From NCBI RefSeq assembly GCF_009914755.1, contig NC_060925.1: a stretch of 64,000 bases of DNA; one strand, 5' to 3'. Under the pieces are notes generated by a model. That model saw only the letters and a list, made by a program, of their open reading frames with translations. It was not told the DNA's origin and searched no databases. The DNA is from the human T2T-CHM13v2.0 reference genome, Homo sapiens. The position numbers and the translations under genes are program-made. Positions 31,012-42,809 of the stretch are shown in pieces; position 1 is the stretch's first letter; every line of letters begins with the position of its first letter.

Positions 31012-32088
31012 GCTGGGGAAAAAACACACGACCAGGAAAACAGGTATCGCTTTAATTTATGCTCCAAATTCAAACGTGCTTTAGCTTTTTTTGGGCAAGT
31101 CTCCTAAACCCGGTTGGTTTACACGCTGTGGTGCACCCATATCCGCTATCCACAAAACTCTTATACTCCCACCACTCTTAGCTCATGACTAGAAAGAAAA
31201 GAAACAATCAGAGAAATTTGCCAACATCTCTGTCTGGACCCTGTGTATGTGAATGAACATGTGCATATATGAACACACACATGTGCACACATACTCTGCT
31301 CCACTCTGGTAACTATGTATGAGCTGTCCCTACTCCTATCCAAGGCCAGCTCCCTCCTTGTGACTAGATCAGAACTCCACCCACTTGCTCTTCACCCTCA
31401 TCATAATTTCCCTCCCAACTGAATCCTTTCCTCAGCATTCTCACCAGCTACAATTTCTCCCTTCTTCATAAGCCAAACCAAACCAAACCATCACAACAAA
31501 AACCTTCCTGTGATGCCCTCCCGCTTGCTACCGCACCCCATTCCGTTTCCCTGGACAGCCAACTGGCTCTCCAGCACAGGGCTGATGGAACAGAGCTCAG
31601 CCAAGTATTTGTGGGATACAGAATTTAATTTCTTTTGAGGACAGACCATGTGCAGGTTGATGTGTACAGCAGAAGTTCTAAGGGCTGTGAAGCTGATTCA
31701 AGACAGAGGACAGGACTCATAGAGACCAGGCTTTCTGGCAGCAATGGACTCCTCTGAGGTCATCTCATACAGAGTTGGCGCAACTGATAACTCACTGAAC
31801 TAAAAAATGCTGGCCCACCATGCTTCTACTACACACTGAAGATTTGCCACACCAAGGGCTCATCCTCATTTACTCATATCCATTGAGATCCCTGCATCCC
31901 ACAAAATGAAATACATCAGCTGCAGGTCAGCAGATGGAGTGAGACCTCAGGAGCATCTGTTGGTATTTATCATTGGTTTTTGTGTAAGGCAGTTTTCTTT
32001 CCTGAGTCTTTTCAATTTATCTGTAGTAGTTATAAGGGGCTGATTTTATAAGAGAAACAGTTCTGATTATGCTCTTCCAATTGATTAC

Positions 32089-32170
32089 CTTCCGAAGGTC
32101 GGTCTGGAGTTGTCGAAGAATTAATTCCAGCTGATTGACTTTCCCGGTCAGTGGTGATGGAGAACGCTCC
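32089..32170 (-). CDS. SIPA1L2: SIPA1L2 penultimate exon (82 nt): (G)ERSPSPLTGKVNQLELILRQLQTDLRK
   Basis: Acceptor tatttgctag|G, donor AAG|gtaatc; phase 2/0; start of the heptad coiled coil. Confidence 0.95.
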
Positions 32171-33144
32171 CTAGCAAATAAGGAGAGAATTAGAAAGATT
32201 CAAGAGAGTCAATCGAGCATTTTTGTTGGTCAAGTTTTCACTCGAAAAAATTATTTCATGTGCTTAGAGCCCAGCAAGCAGATATATTATATTATGTCAG
32301 AATGGGAAAGTGTCCATATTGCTGATCTAGTGGAAAGCCCATTCTGGGACTTTACTGATTTAAAAAGAGATGCAGAAACTCTATAGATATACGAGTTGGT
32401 AGGAAAACAAAAGATATATTATTTAAGTTGGTTTATCCAATGGAGACAAGGAAGACCCAAATGAAGTCCTGGGAACCAGTCAATTTCCCCAATTTGCCTT
32501 TCCCTATGATAACAATATTATGAAGCTCGTTACCAATGTGAACATGCAAGTTAATGAAGTTAATTCCAAGTTCTATATTCAGCTCACATAGAAGTTGGAA
32601 TTAAGAATGGATGACAGAGGTAAAGAATACACATTTCACGGGGAATGAACATGTCATGAATATAGGGGAAAGAGTGGGGTGTTCCCAACATATTTCAGTG
32701 GAGGGCATGAGGCTGGATCAAGGACCAGGTTCTGGGAGGGGCCATGCCCTGGGCTGGTGAGCATGTGCAGCCTGGCAGGTGGAAGGCCAATCGGCGAGTT
32801 ATCCCTGCATGGTGCTGTTGCAGTAATTCAGCAGCAGACGCTGACCTTGAGGCCTCTTCTTGCCCTCTTTGACAGTGAGGCTCGTCACCATGGGCACAGG
32901 GTCACAAGTCTTGGCAGGCAGGGTGTGCCCATGGAGCAGAGGGGTCATGCAGCCAAGAGCGGTCTCCCACAGCAGGGCAGGGAGCCAAGTAGTCCCACTC
33001 AGTCCCTTCTCTGGATTCTTCAGGACTGGGAAAGGGCATGGTGCAATATGGTCGCCCGCCTGGCTCAGGGTTAGTCGGTTAGCCGAATCTTGGCTAATCA
33101 TGCCTGGAACAGCAGGAGGGAGGGGTCCACAGGGGCTCACATAC

Positions 33145-33268
33145 CCAGTTGTGTCCATGAACTCTTTGCCACTGCCTGGATCTACACATAAGGGCAGCTC
33201 TTGGGCCCCTTCCAGGTCCTGCCCATGCTGCATATCTGTCAGGGTGCAGAAGGATGCCACCCTCTGGT
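33145..33268 (-). CDS. SIPA1L2: SIPA1L2 coding exon (124 nt): (D)QRVASFCTLTDMQHGQDLEGAQELPLCVDPGSGKEFMDTT
   Basis: TACTAAC branch point, pyrimidine tract, ccccag|AC acceptor; donor ACTGG|gtatgt; phase 1/2. Confidence 0.95.
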
Positions 33269-33301
33269 CTGGGGAGGGGAGAAACACACACAGAAAGAAG
33301 G

Positions 33302-33308
33302 GTTAGTA
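33302..33308 (-). promoter_or_regulatory. Perfect TACTAAC branch point (also a QKI core motif)
   Basis: gttagta on +; branch A lies 35 nt upstream of the exon start at 33268. Confidence 0.75.
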
Positions 33309-33821
33309 ATCAATGCAAGGCAATGTTTCTTTGTGGAAATGCAATAGCTAAATAAAATCTTTTCCCCCCTTCAAACCAGTTACTGCCTTGTTTTGGAGCA
33401 AAACAAAGAAAAACAAATTCAGGCAAGCTTCTGAGAAGGAGAAAGCATGGAGATTGGCTGTCCTCCTACTGGGCTGTATGGCCTATGCACATCACAGCCA
33501 TGGGGACAATTAGCAGACACTGGATTTGCTACAGCCAATTTGCTTTCTTCTTTCCACATCCCAAGAAATGCCAAAGCTGTTGGCTATGCATGAAATAATA
33601 GTTGGATAATGACTTGACTGACAGAACAAAGGAGAGGGACCTCTCTCTCAAGTTCTCCCCAAACCCGGAGAAGGTTCTGGAGACAGAACAGCCAGGACAC
33701 ATGTCCCGCTGTGCACCCCCAACCCTCAGGGCGTGAATAACCATGCAGACGTGCAGACACATGAAATATACAGAAAAGGTTACAGGATATCAGGAGCCAA
33801 CGAGCAGCCCCAGACAATCAC

Positions 33822-33875
33822 CTAGATAGGACGTGTGGTGACAGAGCAGCCCCAGTTCTTCATCTGAGTCAAGAC
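33822..33875 (-). CDS. SIPA1L2: SIPA1L2 small symmetric exon (54 nt): (G)LDSDEELGLLCHHTSYL
   Basis: Acceptor cttatttcag|GT, donor CTAG|gtgatt; phase 1/1, no stop; absent from the ORF track and found by reading the sequence. Confidence 0.88.
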   Translation of the reverse strand, partial: VLTQMKNWGCSVTTRPI

Positions 33876-34859
33876 CTGAAATAAGATTTAGAATTTTCCT
33901 ATGAACAGGAGTATCTCTCTATACTTGAGAATCTCGGGGGCCCACAAAATGCGGCTGTGTGAAGTAGTGTGTGTGTGTGATGGACCAGGGGAAACCCTTG
34001 AGAGCCAGTATCATGTAACTCCAATGCAATGAGATGACACATTTCATGTTTTCACTGTTGGTTGGAAGCGGGGCTGTAGGGTACAACAAAGACATGTGGT
34101 ATGCCATACACACATGGATCCAACCATGAGCATACACAACTGTGGGCTTACTTAAATGACTCACTCCACAAATCCAAAGAGAGTGGTGGTAAGAGAGATT
34201 AGCTAAGTAATCTCACTAGAAACCCTTAAAGGAAGATCTGAGGGGCTCAGTATGTATAGCAGTAGCACCAATGATCAGTATGACTACAATGCCTTATCTT
34301 AGCACAAGGACATTTTTATTCTTGGCACTAGGAACTTAATATTCAATGTTTTAAGAGGTCGGAAGGAAAGGGAATAGAATAGTCTTAAGAATGGGCGCCA
34401 GACTGGCCCAGCTCTGGGGGCTGAGCACTGACCAAGAACAGCAATCCAGAAATGCTGAATGGCATGCAGGAAAATATTCTGTTTTTGAACCACATGGAAG
34501 TGAGAACCTCGCAATCTATTCCATGATCAATTCACCCTCATTCCCTGGAGTCTCTCTGCTTGGTTTCTGAGCACACTTATGTATCTACAGTAGGAATCTG
34601 AGGTATACAGCAGGCGTGTTAGTGCTGTGGCAGTCCTTTTCCTATGAATTGGTTAATTCTGGAGAGACTGCACTTGGATCCGTGTCAGGGGTGCTCCACT
34701 CTTAATTTACCCCACTCTGCCTCCCTCTGGCTGCTGGACAAGCCTCCTAATGAGGCTACCTGCTTGTTTGCTTTATGGCAGGTCATACACTTCCAGTTAA
34801 TTAAAAAGGATGGTCACATTGAAGCTGCCAGGAACATATGAAGGAAAGCCAAGGCTGTA

Positions 34860-34880
34860 GGCTGTGGCCATGGTGCTGAA
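34860..34880 (-). promoter_or_regulatory. Candidate RE1/NRSE (REST) site
   Basis: TTCAGCACCATGGCCACAGCC vs canonical TTCAGCACCAYGGACAGCGCC (18/21). Confidence 0.5.
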
Positions 34881-36273
34881 AGCACCGTCAGTGCCCTGAC
34901 AGAGGCCTGGGCCCTCCTGAGTGCACCCAGCTACTGATTGCATTAAGAGTTCTCCATCCATGTGGCTCCATTTGCTAACACACCTGCCCTAGGCAGGCAG
35001 ATGTCTTTCAACTAATTCTGTAAAGCTCCACACATCGAATCTTCCATAAGATGATAAACATTCTATAACTATACATTCCTGAGCATCATGTTACCAATTT
35101 GGTACTGCATAGTAGGCTTTTTGCATAAAGTAATTTGCTATTTAATTAAGATCAACAACATAGTTGGGGCCCTGCCAACTTCTACTATGATGTGACCTGC
35201 ACAGCAGAGCTGGGGGCAGAATCCTGGCTGGGCTTGAGCTGCTCTAGGGGCTGGGTGGGGAGGTCTGGGCTGCAGTGGTGTCCAACATAACCCTCTGTTC
35301 TGTAAAGAGCCCAGAATATGGGAACACATCACATTTTAAAAAATCTTTAGGAGATATATTTTTATTCCATAGTGACTTTACTGACCAGAAAAGGAATGGA
35401 AAAGAAAATGGATAAAAATTTGTCTAACTCTTTAGGAGTTTCATTGACTCATCCTTGTTTTATGCAAGCCAGTGATAATTCAGTTATGTTTCTTTCTCAA
35501 TGTATTTGGGTCTGGTGGTCAAGTCTAAATACATGGATGAACATGCCTTAGCTTCCTTCATCTGTTTTTACCTTAATTGATAAAATACCCACATATTTAA
35601 CAGAAACAGAATTTCCTACAGGCAGTCATTCAGACATCCCCTAGGGAGAAACAGGGTCCTACTGGTCAGGAGGCAAGAAGCCAAAACTAGAGTTTTGCCA
35701 GCAATGTAATTTCACAAACAGGATTTCACTTTGGAATTGAAAAGCTTGGGAGGCTGAAATGCAAAGAGGATGCTATTTGATTAAGTACAGACACCAAACT
35801 ACTTTATAAAATAGCTAATCTTAGAGACAGTTTCCAGTGGAAGCTTCATGCCCCTTCAGCTTATTTCTGATGATAAATATTCAATAATCAAGCAATTACT
35901 GAGATAGAATCAAATGGCACCAACAAAACCATCAGAAAAGACAGGCACAAGAATAGGAGCTTCATGTACGTGGTCACGGTTGGTACAGATCCAATCACCC
36001 ACACTCCACACGTGGAGCCCCTTCGGTTTTCTTTCCTGTGTGAGCAGATCTGGCTAAGGTGGAACGCTGGGCATGGCTGACACACAAAACAATCCATCCT
36101 TTAAAATAATCTTTTAAAAAACCTTATTTCAATGTCAGTTTCTTATTTTTAGTGCATTTAGCACTAAACAAGATGAATAGTCAACAGGCTATTCCATATC
36201 CTAGAGCCAAGATGGCAAAACAGATGACTGCAAGTCACTCCCATGACCCCGTCTAGGATGCCTGCAGCACCAG

Positions 36274-36460
36274 GAACATAAGGCCAAGGCTGGATTGGTG
36301 GGGGTGAATGGTCTGATCAACATGTCATGTCTGTTGAACATAAGGCCAAGGCTGGATTGGTGGGGGTGAATGGTCTGATCAACGTGTTATGTCTGTCCAA
36401 CATAAGGCCAAGGCTGGACTGGTGGGGGTGAATGGTCTGATCAACGCGTCATGTCTGTTG
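36274..36460. repeat. Tandem repeat, 62 bp x 3
   Basis: Units start at 36274, 36336 and 36398 (AACATAAGGCCAAGGCTGGATTGGTGGGGGTGAATGGTCTGATCAAC...). Confidence 0.95.
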
Positions 36461-37999
36461 AGGGTGAGGAATAGAACGATAGTGCCTGCCCCAGATACAT
36501 GCCAGATGGGACATCCAAGTACGAGGCTAGTTGAAATTAAACCTATTTCCACAAATAAAGCTGTTCTAATATGTCTTTGTTAGAACTGCAAACTAAAGAC
36601 AAAGTAGGGTTTTGTAGCTACATGTAGAAAATTAAAAGTTTTGATTCTGACACCTGTGCTTATTGCATTGCAGAAAACTGACTTAACTGGCCACTAGGAA
36701 AGGAAAAAAGGCTGCACTGTACTGTTTTCCACCTAAAATTCTCTGGTTTAGACTTTTGGAAGCCCATCCATGCATGTAAAAAGATAATGGTCTAGTATCT
36801 GCCTATGAGTAATTAACAAGAAAAAGTCCTGAAATTATTCTTTATTTAAGAAACAACTATTGCATTGGCCTGAAACCATTTCAATTTACTTTTGAGATAA
36901 TTTAAATGGATTTACTATTCCAAATTTGACTTTGCATTTTTCACCCATGTGGTAGTCATTTTTCTTTCCATTTTTTTTTCCACTAATTATGTTACCACTA
37001 GGAGTTACTCAGTAAGTCACATTTTGTTTATACTTATATACACACACTCTCTCATACACACAGTGGTCAAATATCAATAACTGTAACAACTTTATCAACT
37101 TTAAGCTGAAGCTTCATAACAGAAAAAGTTCTCATCATAAAAAGGGATGTTTATTATGCTCTGTTTAAGAAACCAAGGGCCTAAAGAACACAACAAATTA
37201 AAGATACAGACTTTGAATTTTTGGAAAATACGGTTATGTGGAGCATTTCATTGCCACAGTGGTGCCTGGAATGTGAATTGTTAACTCTGCATGTGTCTTT
37301 CACATTGATATTTGCACAGGAGCACACACACGTCCATGCTCCCAAACAGCTATGGGAAGATGGCGATCTCTACCACCAACTGGGGAAGTCTGGAAACCTA
37401 GGAGGACAGGCCTTCGTGGGGCAGCAACATGGAATCCAGAGTCTAAGATCACTAGTTGGTGATTTTACCTTTGAAGCCTATGTTCACTGAAAACAACATT
37501 ATCCATTCAACAAATGCTAAAAACACACCAACTGCCTCTTTCTGATATTCTGATGAATGAGAGCTACTCAAAATCCTAGAGCTTTTGAAGAGACTCCACT
37601 TCCCTTCCCCAGCTTCACTGTTTGACCCATAGCCAGGTTTTCTGGTCGGGTTTGTTCCCATTACCATGTTTAACGGGGGACGAAAGCCATTATATACATT
37701 ATCAGGTACCCCCAAACTTGACATGATTCTACGTAACAAAGGGTATGATAAGCACTGCAGGGTGGCAAAACTATGATCTTATTGAACTAGACAGACCACC
37801 AATTTCACTTAGGAATTCTGACATGTAAGAAGGACATGTTTTGCCCTCCAACAAACAAAATAACTGCATACATTAAAACAAAGTCTAAAATGTGACTCCG
37901 CCAGCTTTTCAAACTTGACCTTACAGCATGGGGGAGGCACAGGGCATCCAACTTACTTTTGCCTTCTTAGACCTATGAAGGACTGTTTTTTTTTTTTTT

Positions 38000-40900
38000 A
38001 AACTGTTTGGGTAGAGATATGTTATTTGATCACTTATTAATTTTTTTAAATGCACAATATTTTTCTATTGGAAGCTTTTTAATTCTTTTTAATAACTTTC
38101 TGTCAGCAAATTCTCAGGAATTAGATTTCTGGTTAAAAGGTGGGTACAGTTTTCTGGCAGTAGTAACATATTATCATATTGCTGAACAAAAAGATGGATC
38201 ACTTTATAATCTTTATAATGATACCAGCTGTGAGTATTCTTCATAGCTTCCTAGAGTTATTGTATCATTTTTCATATTCAAAAAGTGTGAGCTGGTAACT
38301 CATTATTCTTTAAATTTACATGTGTGGTTGAACATTTTTCACCTTCTTATTTATTGTGCATTTGTCTTTTGTGAAATTTATATTCACATTCCTTGACCAT
38401 TTGTTTACTGTGGGTTTGGTGTTTTTTTGCTGGGTAAGTTCCTTTACGTACTTTAGGTATCCTGGTTTTACCTATCACATTCTTTAGAAATCTTTTCCTA
38501 AAGTCCAATATTTCCTCTTTTATTTTAATATTCTCTTTCAGGCTCCCATAATTCTAAATATTTAAATACCTTTATCTGACCATATTACATTCTGTATGTT
38601 CTCTCACTACTCCATAATTAAAGCATAATCTTGCTTCCAAAACCACAATCTTACTTTTACTTTTTCTAAAGTTGACTTTTTAAATACCTAAATCCAAATG
38701 GAATACATAAATTCCTTACCCATGTAACTCTTATCTTCAGATTTCTGTCTGAGCTCTTAATTTTTCTTCAAAAATTCTTATCCCTATTTTTGAATTATGC
38801 TGTTTTAATTATTATTAAGTTATAATAGATCTTTTGGTTGAATATCATTTACCTATTTTCCAAATGGAGGCAAATTTAGTTTTTCAACTATTTTTCTTGA
38901 AATTGCATTAACTCTACAAGTTAATTCAGGAAGCACCGTCATCTTTACTATGAAGCTTTCTATCCATTTCTAGTCTTACATATTAAGACTTTTCAGATAT
39001 TAAAGCGTTCCTTGGAATTCTCTCATATTTCCGATGGTTTACTTCTCAAAGAACATGTTAATTCAATCTTACTGATATATCTAAGGTGTCTTGTGACTAT
39101 TACAGTGGAAAGCTGTCTCCAAAGACAGCTGCCAACAACTCCTCCCTGTGTGCACCTGCCATCAAGAGGTAGAGGTAGAATCTATGTTGCACCCCTGGAA
39201 TACCGGCCTTGTGAACTACTTTGGCCTAAATAGAACGTGGTGAATATAATGTTCTGGGACATTCAAAACCAGGCCTTAAGACATCACAGAACTTCTGCTT
39301 TTGCTCTTCTAATTCCTTAAGCCCCCATGTGAATAAATATAACTACTCTACTGAAGGCAGGGGTCCCACTAGGCCTCAGCCATTCCAGACACAGACAGGT
39401 GAGTGAAATCTCCTTAATGCTCCAGATCCAGCTGAGCTGCAGCTGCATGCAGCTGCCTGAGTGACCCCAGCTAAGATCACATGGAGCAGAAGAACCACCC
39501 AGCTGAGCCTAGTCAACCCAGAGAATCATAAGAAATAATAAGCTATTGTTGTTTTTAGCCATAAATGTTGGGGGTGGTTTGTTACACAGCAATAGGTAAC
39601 TGAAAAAATTAATAACACTTTGAAATTATACTTATAAAAATATATTTCAAAATATCTAATTACTTTACCTATTTTATAATCTCTAATTAAACTTCATTTT
39701 GATCTTTTGTATTTTCTATGTATAAAACCCTATCTAAATTTCTTTTATCTCCAACATTTATCCCTTTTTTTCTTTGCATTCCTTGTTTAAATGTCAAAGA
39801 TTCCAGTATAAAAATTAAAGGGCACGGTCTCAAAGAGTACACTTGCTTAGTTTCTGGACATAAGCAATCTGCTTATAAACATTTTCTATTAAGTACTATG
39901 TAACCATTTGAAATAAAGTAGATATTAGTCTTTGGGGGTATCTCTCAAATCTTAATTTTTGAAGAAATAGGTTCTAATTCTATTAGATATACTTTTTTGG
40001 GACAAATTGATATAGCTTTTAATTACTTCACCTACTGTAACTTTTTAATTAAAGTTTTTCTTTTACTAAACTAAACTCTTGCCAATAACAATGAATAATC
40101 TTTTCAATTTACTACTGAATTTCATCTAAGCTTTCTCATACTAATATTAAAGACTGAGATTGTCTTATAATTATCTTTCCTGTGTGTACGTGTTTATCAG
40201 GAAAGAATCCTATCATGCAAGAAGGCTGCTTCTGAATTTCAAAATATATATATATATATACGCAAGGGCATCATTACTCTTTGAAACTCTGAAAACAATT
40301 AACTGTAAACTTATTATTTTCAGGTAATATATTTGGTATTTGGGGATATTCCTGGGTGACTTTTTCAATGCCTTCCACACCTGGGCCTTTGACCGTTTCT
40401 TATGCTCCCTGCAACGTTTTCTTGCAAGAAATAATCTAAGTACCTTATCCACCAAATGTATTCCTATATAGCTACTTGACGTTCCTTAGTAATTAAAAAA
40501 ATCTCTATGTCTCTTTTTTAAAATGTCACCCAGAGAACATATTAATTAGAAAATATAGAGGACTGAGATCCACTTGGGGCCAGAAGCTGGGGGTTAGGGT
40601 GGTATACCAGTATTTTGTGCAGAAGGAACCAGCCAAGTAGCCTGCCAAGGTTTGCAGAAAATTAAGTGATCAAGTGCATCATCTTATACCATTAAAGACA
40701 GAAAAGAAATTTTCTGGGTAAATAAAGAGCCCCACAACTGGGATCAGCCAAGCTGGGCAGGCAGTGTGTATGTGCTACAGTGAATTAAGGAGGGTGTTCT
40801 GAGCTTGCATCTCTAGATTGCCCTTTGACAGGTTTCCTTCTGCCTCTACAGCTAATACTGTACATTTACATATTTAGATTTACAGGAAACCAAGTTCTTT

Positions 40901-41720
40901 AGTAAGGACAGGGTCTCGTCTTGACCAGATTTTATGGTTCAGGCTGGCCTGGTTTGCATTATGGTGGGGAGTGCAAGACCCCAAAAGATCACGAGGTCTC
41001 CATAATCCAAGCCAGGGAGAGGTAATAACATTCCTATCCTAGAGGTATCTGGGGTTTGAGGGGTAAGGCAGAACCCACTGTCCTCTGCAGGGAGATGGCA
41101 CAGTTCTGCACAGGTCATTTTGGTCCCACTGTCTTCTTCTCATGTTAACTTAACCTCCTTTCTAACATGGTTCATTTGTACTTTTTTATATTTTGGATCA
41201 AATTTGCTATTGGTTTATCAATATTCAAAGAAAAACTCAGGTTGTTAGTTTTATTTATAAATTGCAGTGTAATTTCAATTGCCAGTTGCTTTTTTTTTTA
41301 CAACTTACTTCATTCCTTTTCTTTGTGTGTTTTTCTTTCACAGTTTTTGTGGAATCTTTTTAAGTACAGTTAAGTTAGTTAATTTTCCCTTTTTGCCATT
41401 GAAATAAATGCTTCTGAAACATATTTTTCTTTAAAAGCTACCCTCTCTCTGGGTGTAGTCCAGATTTACAAAGCATCTTTTTCATGATCCTAAAAAAATT
41501 GCTCTTGTCATATTCATTAATTCTTCCCAGCATAATTATTATTACAGTAACATTTACAACTTTCTAAGTGGTCAGATTTTTGTGTTTTGCTTCTCTTTTT
41601 CTTATTTAATTCTATTATCACTGCCTTATGGTCAGCAATGTGGTCTGGAAACACGCCTCCTTTTTGGAGGGAGCTTACTGAGTCCTTATGCACAGAATAC
41701 CTGACTCTCACCCACAACTA
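38000..41720 (-). mobile_element. Highly diverged old L1M(E) fragments, interrupted by other elements
   Basis: T-rich antisense L1-like text (ttgaacattttt...ccttgaccattt; ttggtttatcaatatt). Confidence 0.5.
39103..39605 (+). mobile_element. MLT1G/H-like LTR (ERVL-MaLR)
   Basis: Ends ...cagctgagcctagtcaacc...ttgggggtggtttgttacacagcaataggtaactgaaa, the typical MLT1 3' end. Confidence 0.85.
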
Positions 41721-42491
41721 TACCATTTATTATGGTCCTTGCACGAATAGAGTTTAAACATTTAAGTAGTCATGATTTGACAGCTTAATTTGGTGCCTCT
41801 GCTCTAAATTGGTATAGTATAGTGGTATAGTAAAATCTAAATTCTTAAACTCGCATCCAATGTCAACTTTAGCCCTTAAATGAAGGTGAACATATCATAT
41901 GCCAAAATGTGTAGCATAAACGAGGTAGACTAATGGGGGAGAGGCAAGTCTGCCAGGGATCAATTACACTATTGGATTTTATAGGGATCATGGGATCTCA
42001 ATCCAATAGGCAGGTAAATTCCATTTTCCAAGCCTATTTTCAGATATACTAACTGAAATAGGGGCACAGGATTATTCCAAGGAAGTCTGAGGCAATAAGC
42101 CTTTTGAACTGCCTTTGTTAGTTTGCAGCAATAACATAAACAAGTACATGGACATGTTTTGGGTTATCTTTTCTTTATAATGTTTACTCTAGCTCAGAAA
42201 TGGCCTTGAGAACTGGTACAAAAAGATAAAGTTATGAGCAGGGCAACTGGGTTATCTACCTGAAGACATTTCTCTTTAAAAGTGCTAAGGAGATTGATCA
42301 CGCTCATCACCACCATGCAACTCACGAGACAGGGGAGCAGGTCACTGGGATACAACCTGAGGCAACACTGATACAAGGGAACCTGATTAGCCAAAGGAGG
42401 TACACATACTCAACCAAATTTTCATAAGCTGGCTACTGTCTCACCATGACATGCCACCCTATGGAGCAGCATCAAAAATTAAACACGTCAT

Positions 42492-42621
42492 TAACTCCTT
42501 CCACATTATTTTATCTATCAATGTTAGAGGTCAATGCTAACTCCTCCCACATTATTTTATCTATCAATGTTAGGGGTCAGTGGTAACTCCTTCCACATTA
42601 TTTTATCAATGTTAAAGCTCA
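42492..42621. repeat. Tandem repeat, 46 bp x ~2.8
   Basis: TAACTCCTYCCACATTATTTTATCTATCAATGTTAG at 42492, 42538 and 42584. Confidence 0.92.
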
Positions 42622-42809
42622 GATAACCAAAGTCTTCTCCTTTGGCAAATAGAATATTACATTATTTTCTGTTTAATTTAGGCATTCATGTACCTGAGGG
42701 CACTGGCTAGGGAGAATTTCCATGTCATACTTTTTCCCTTCTGTGCCAACTACCACCCATACTCTTACTTCAGCTTAGAAATACTTGTTGATAATGAAAC
42801 CACAGAACT

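Noticed and set aside
36315-36335. p53-like CATG half sites in the 62-bp repeat
   Set aside because: Two mismatches per half site, wrong spacing, and not kept in the other copies.
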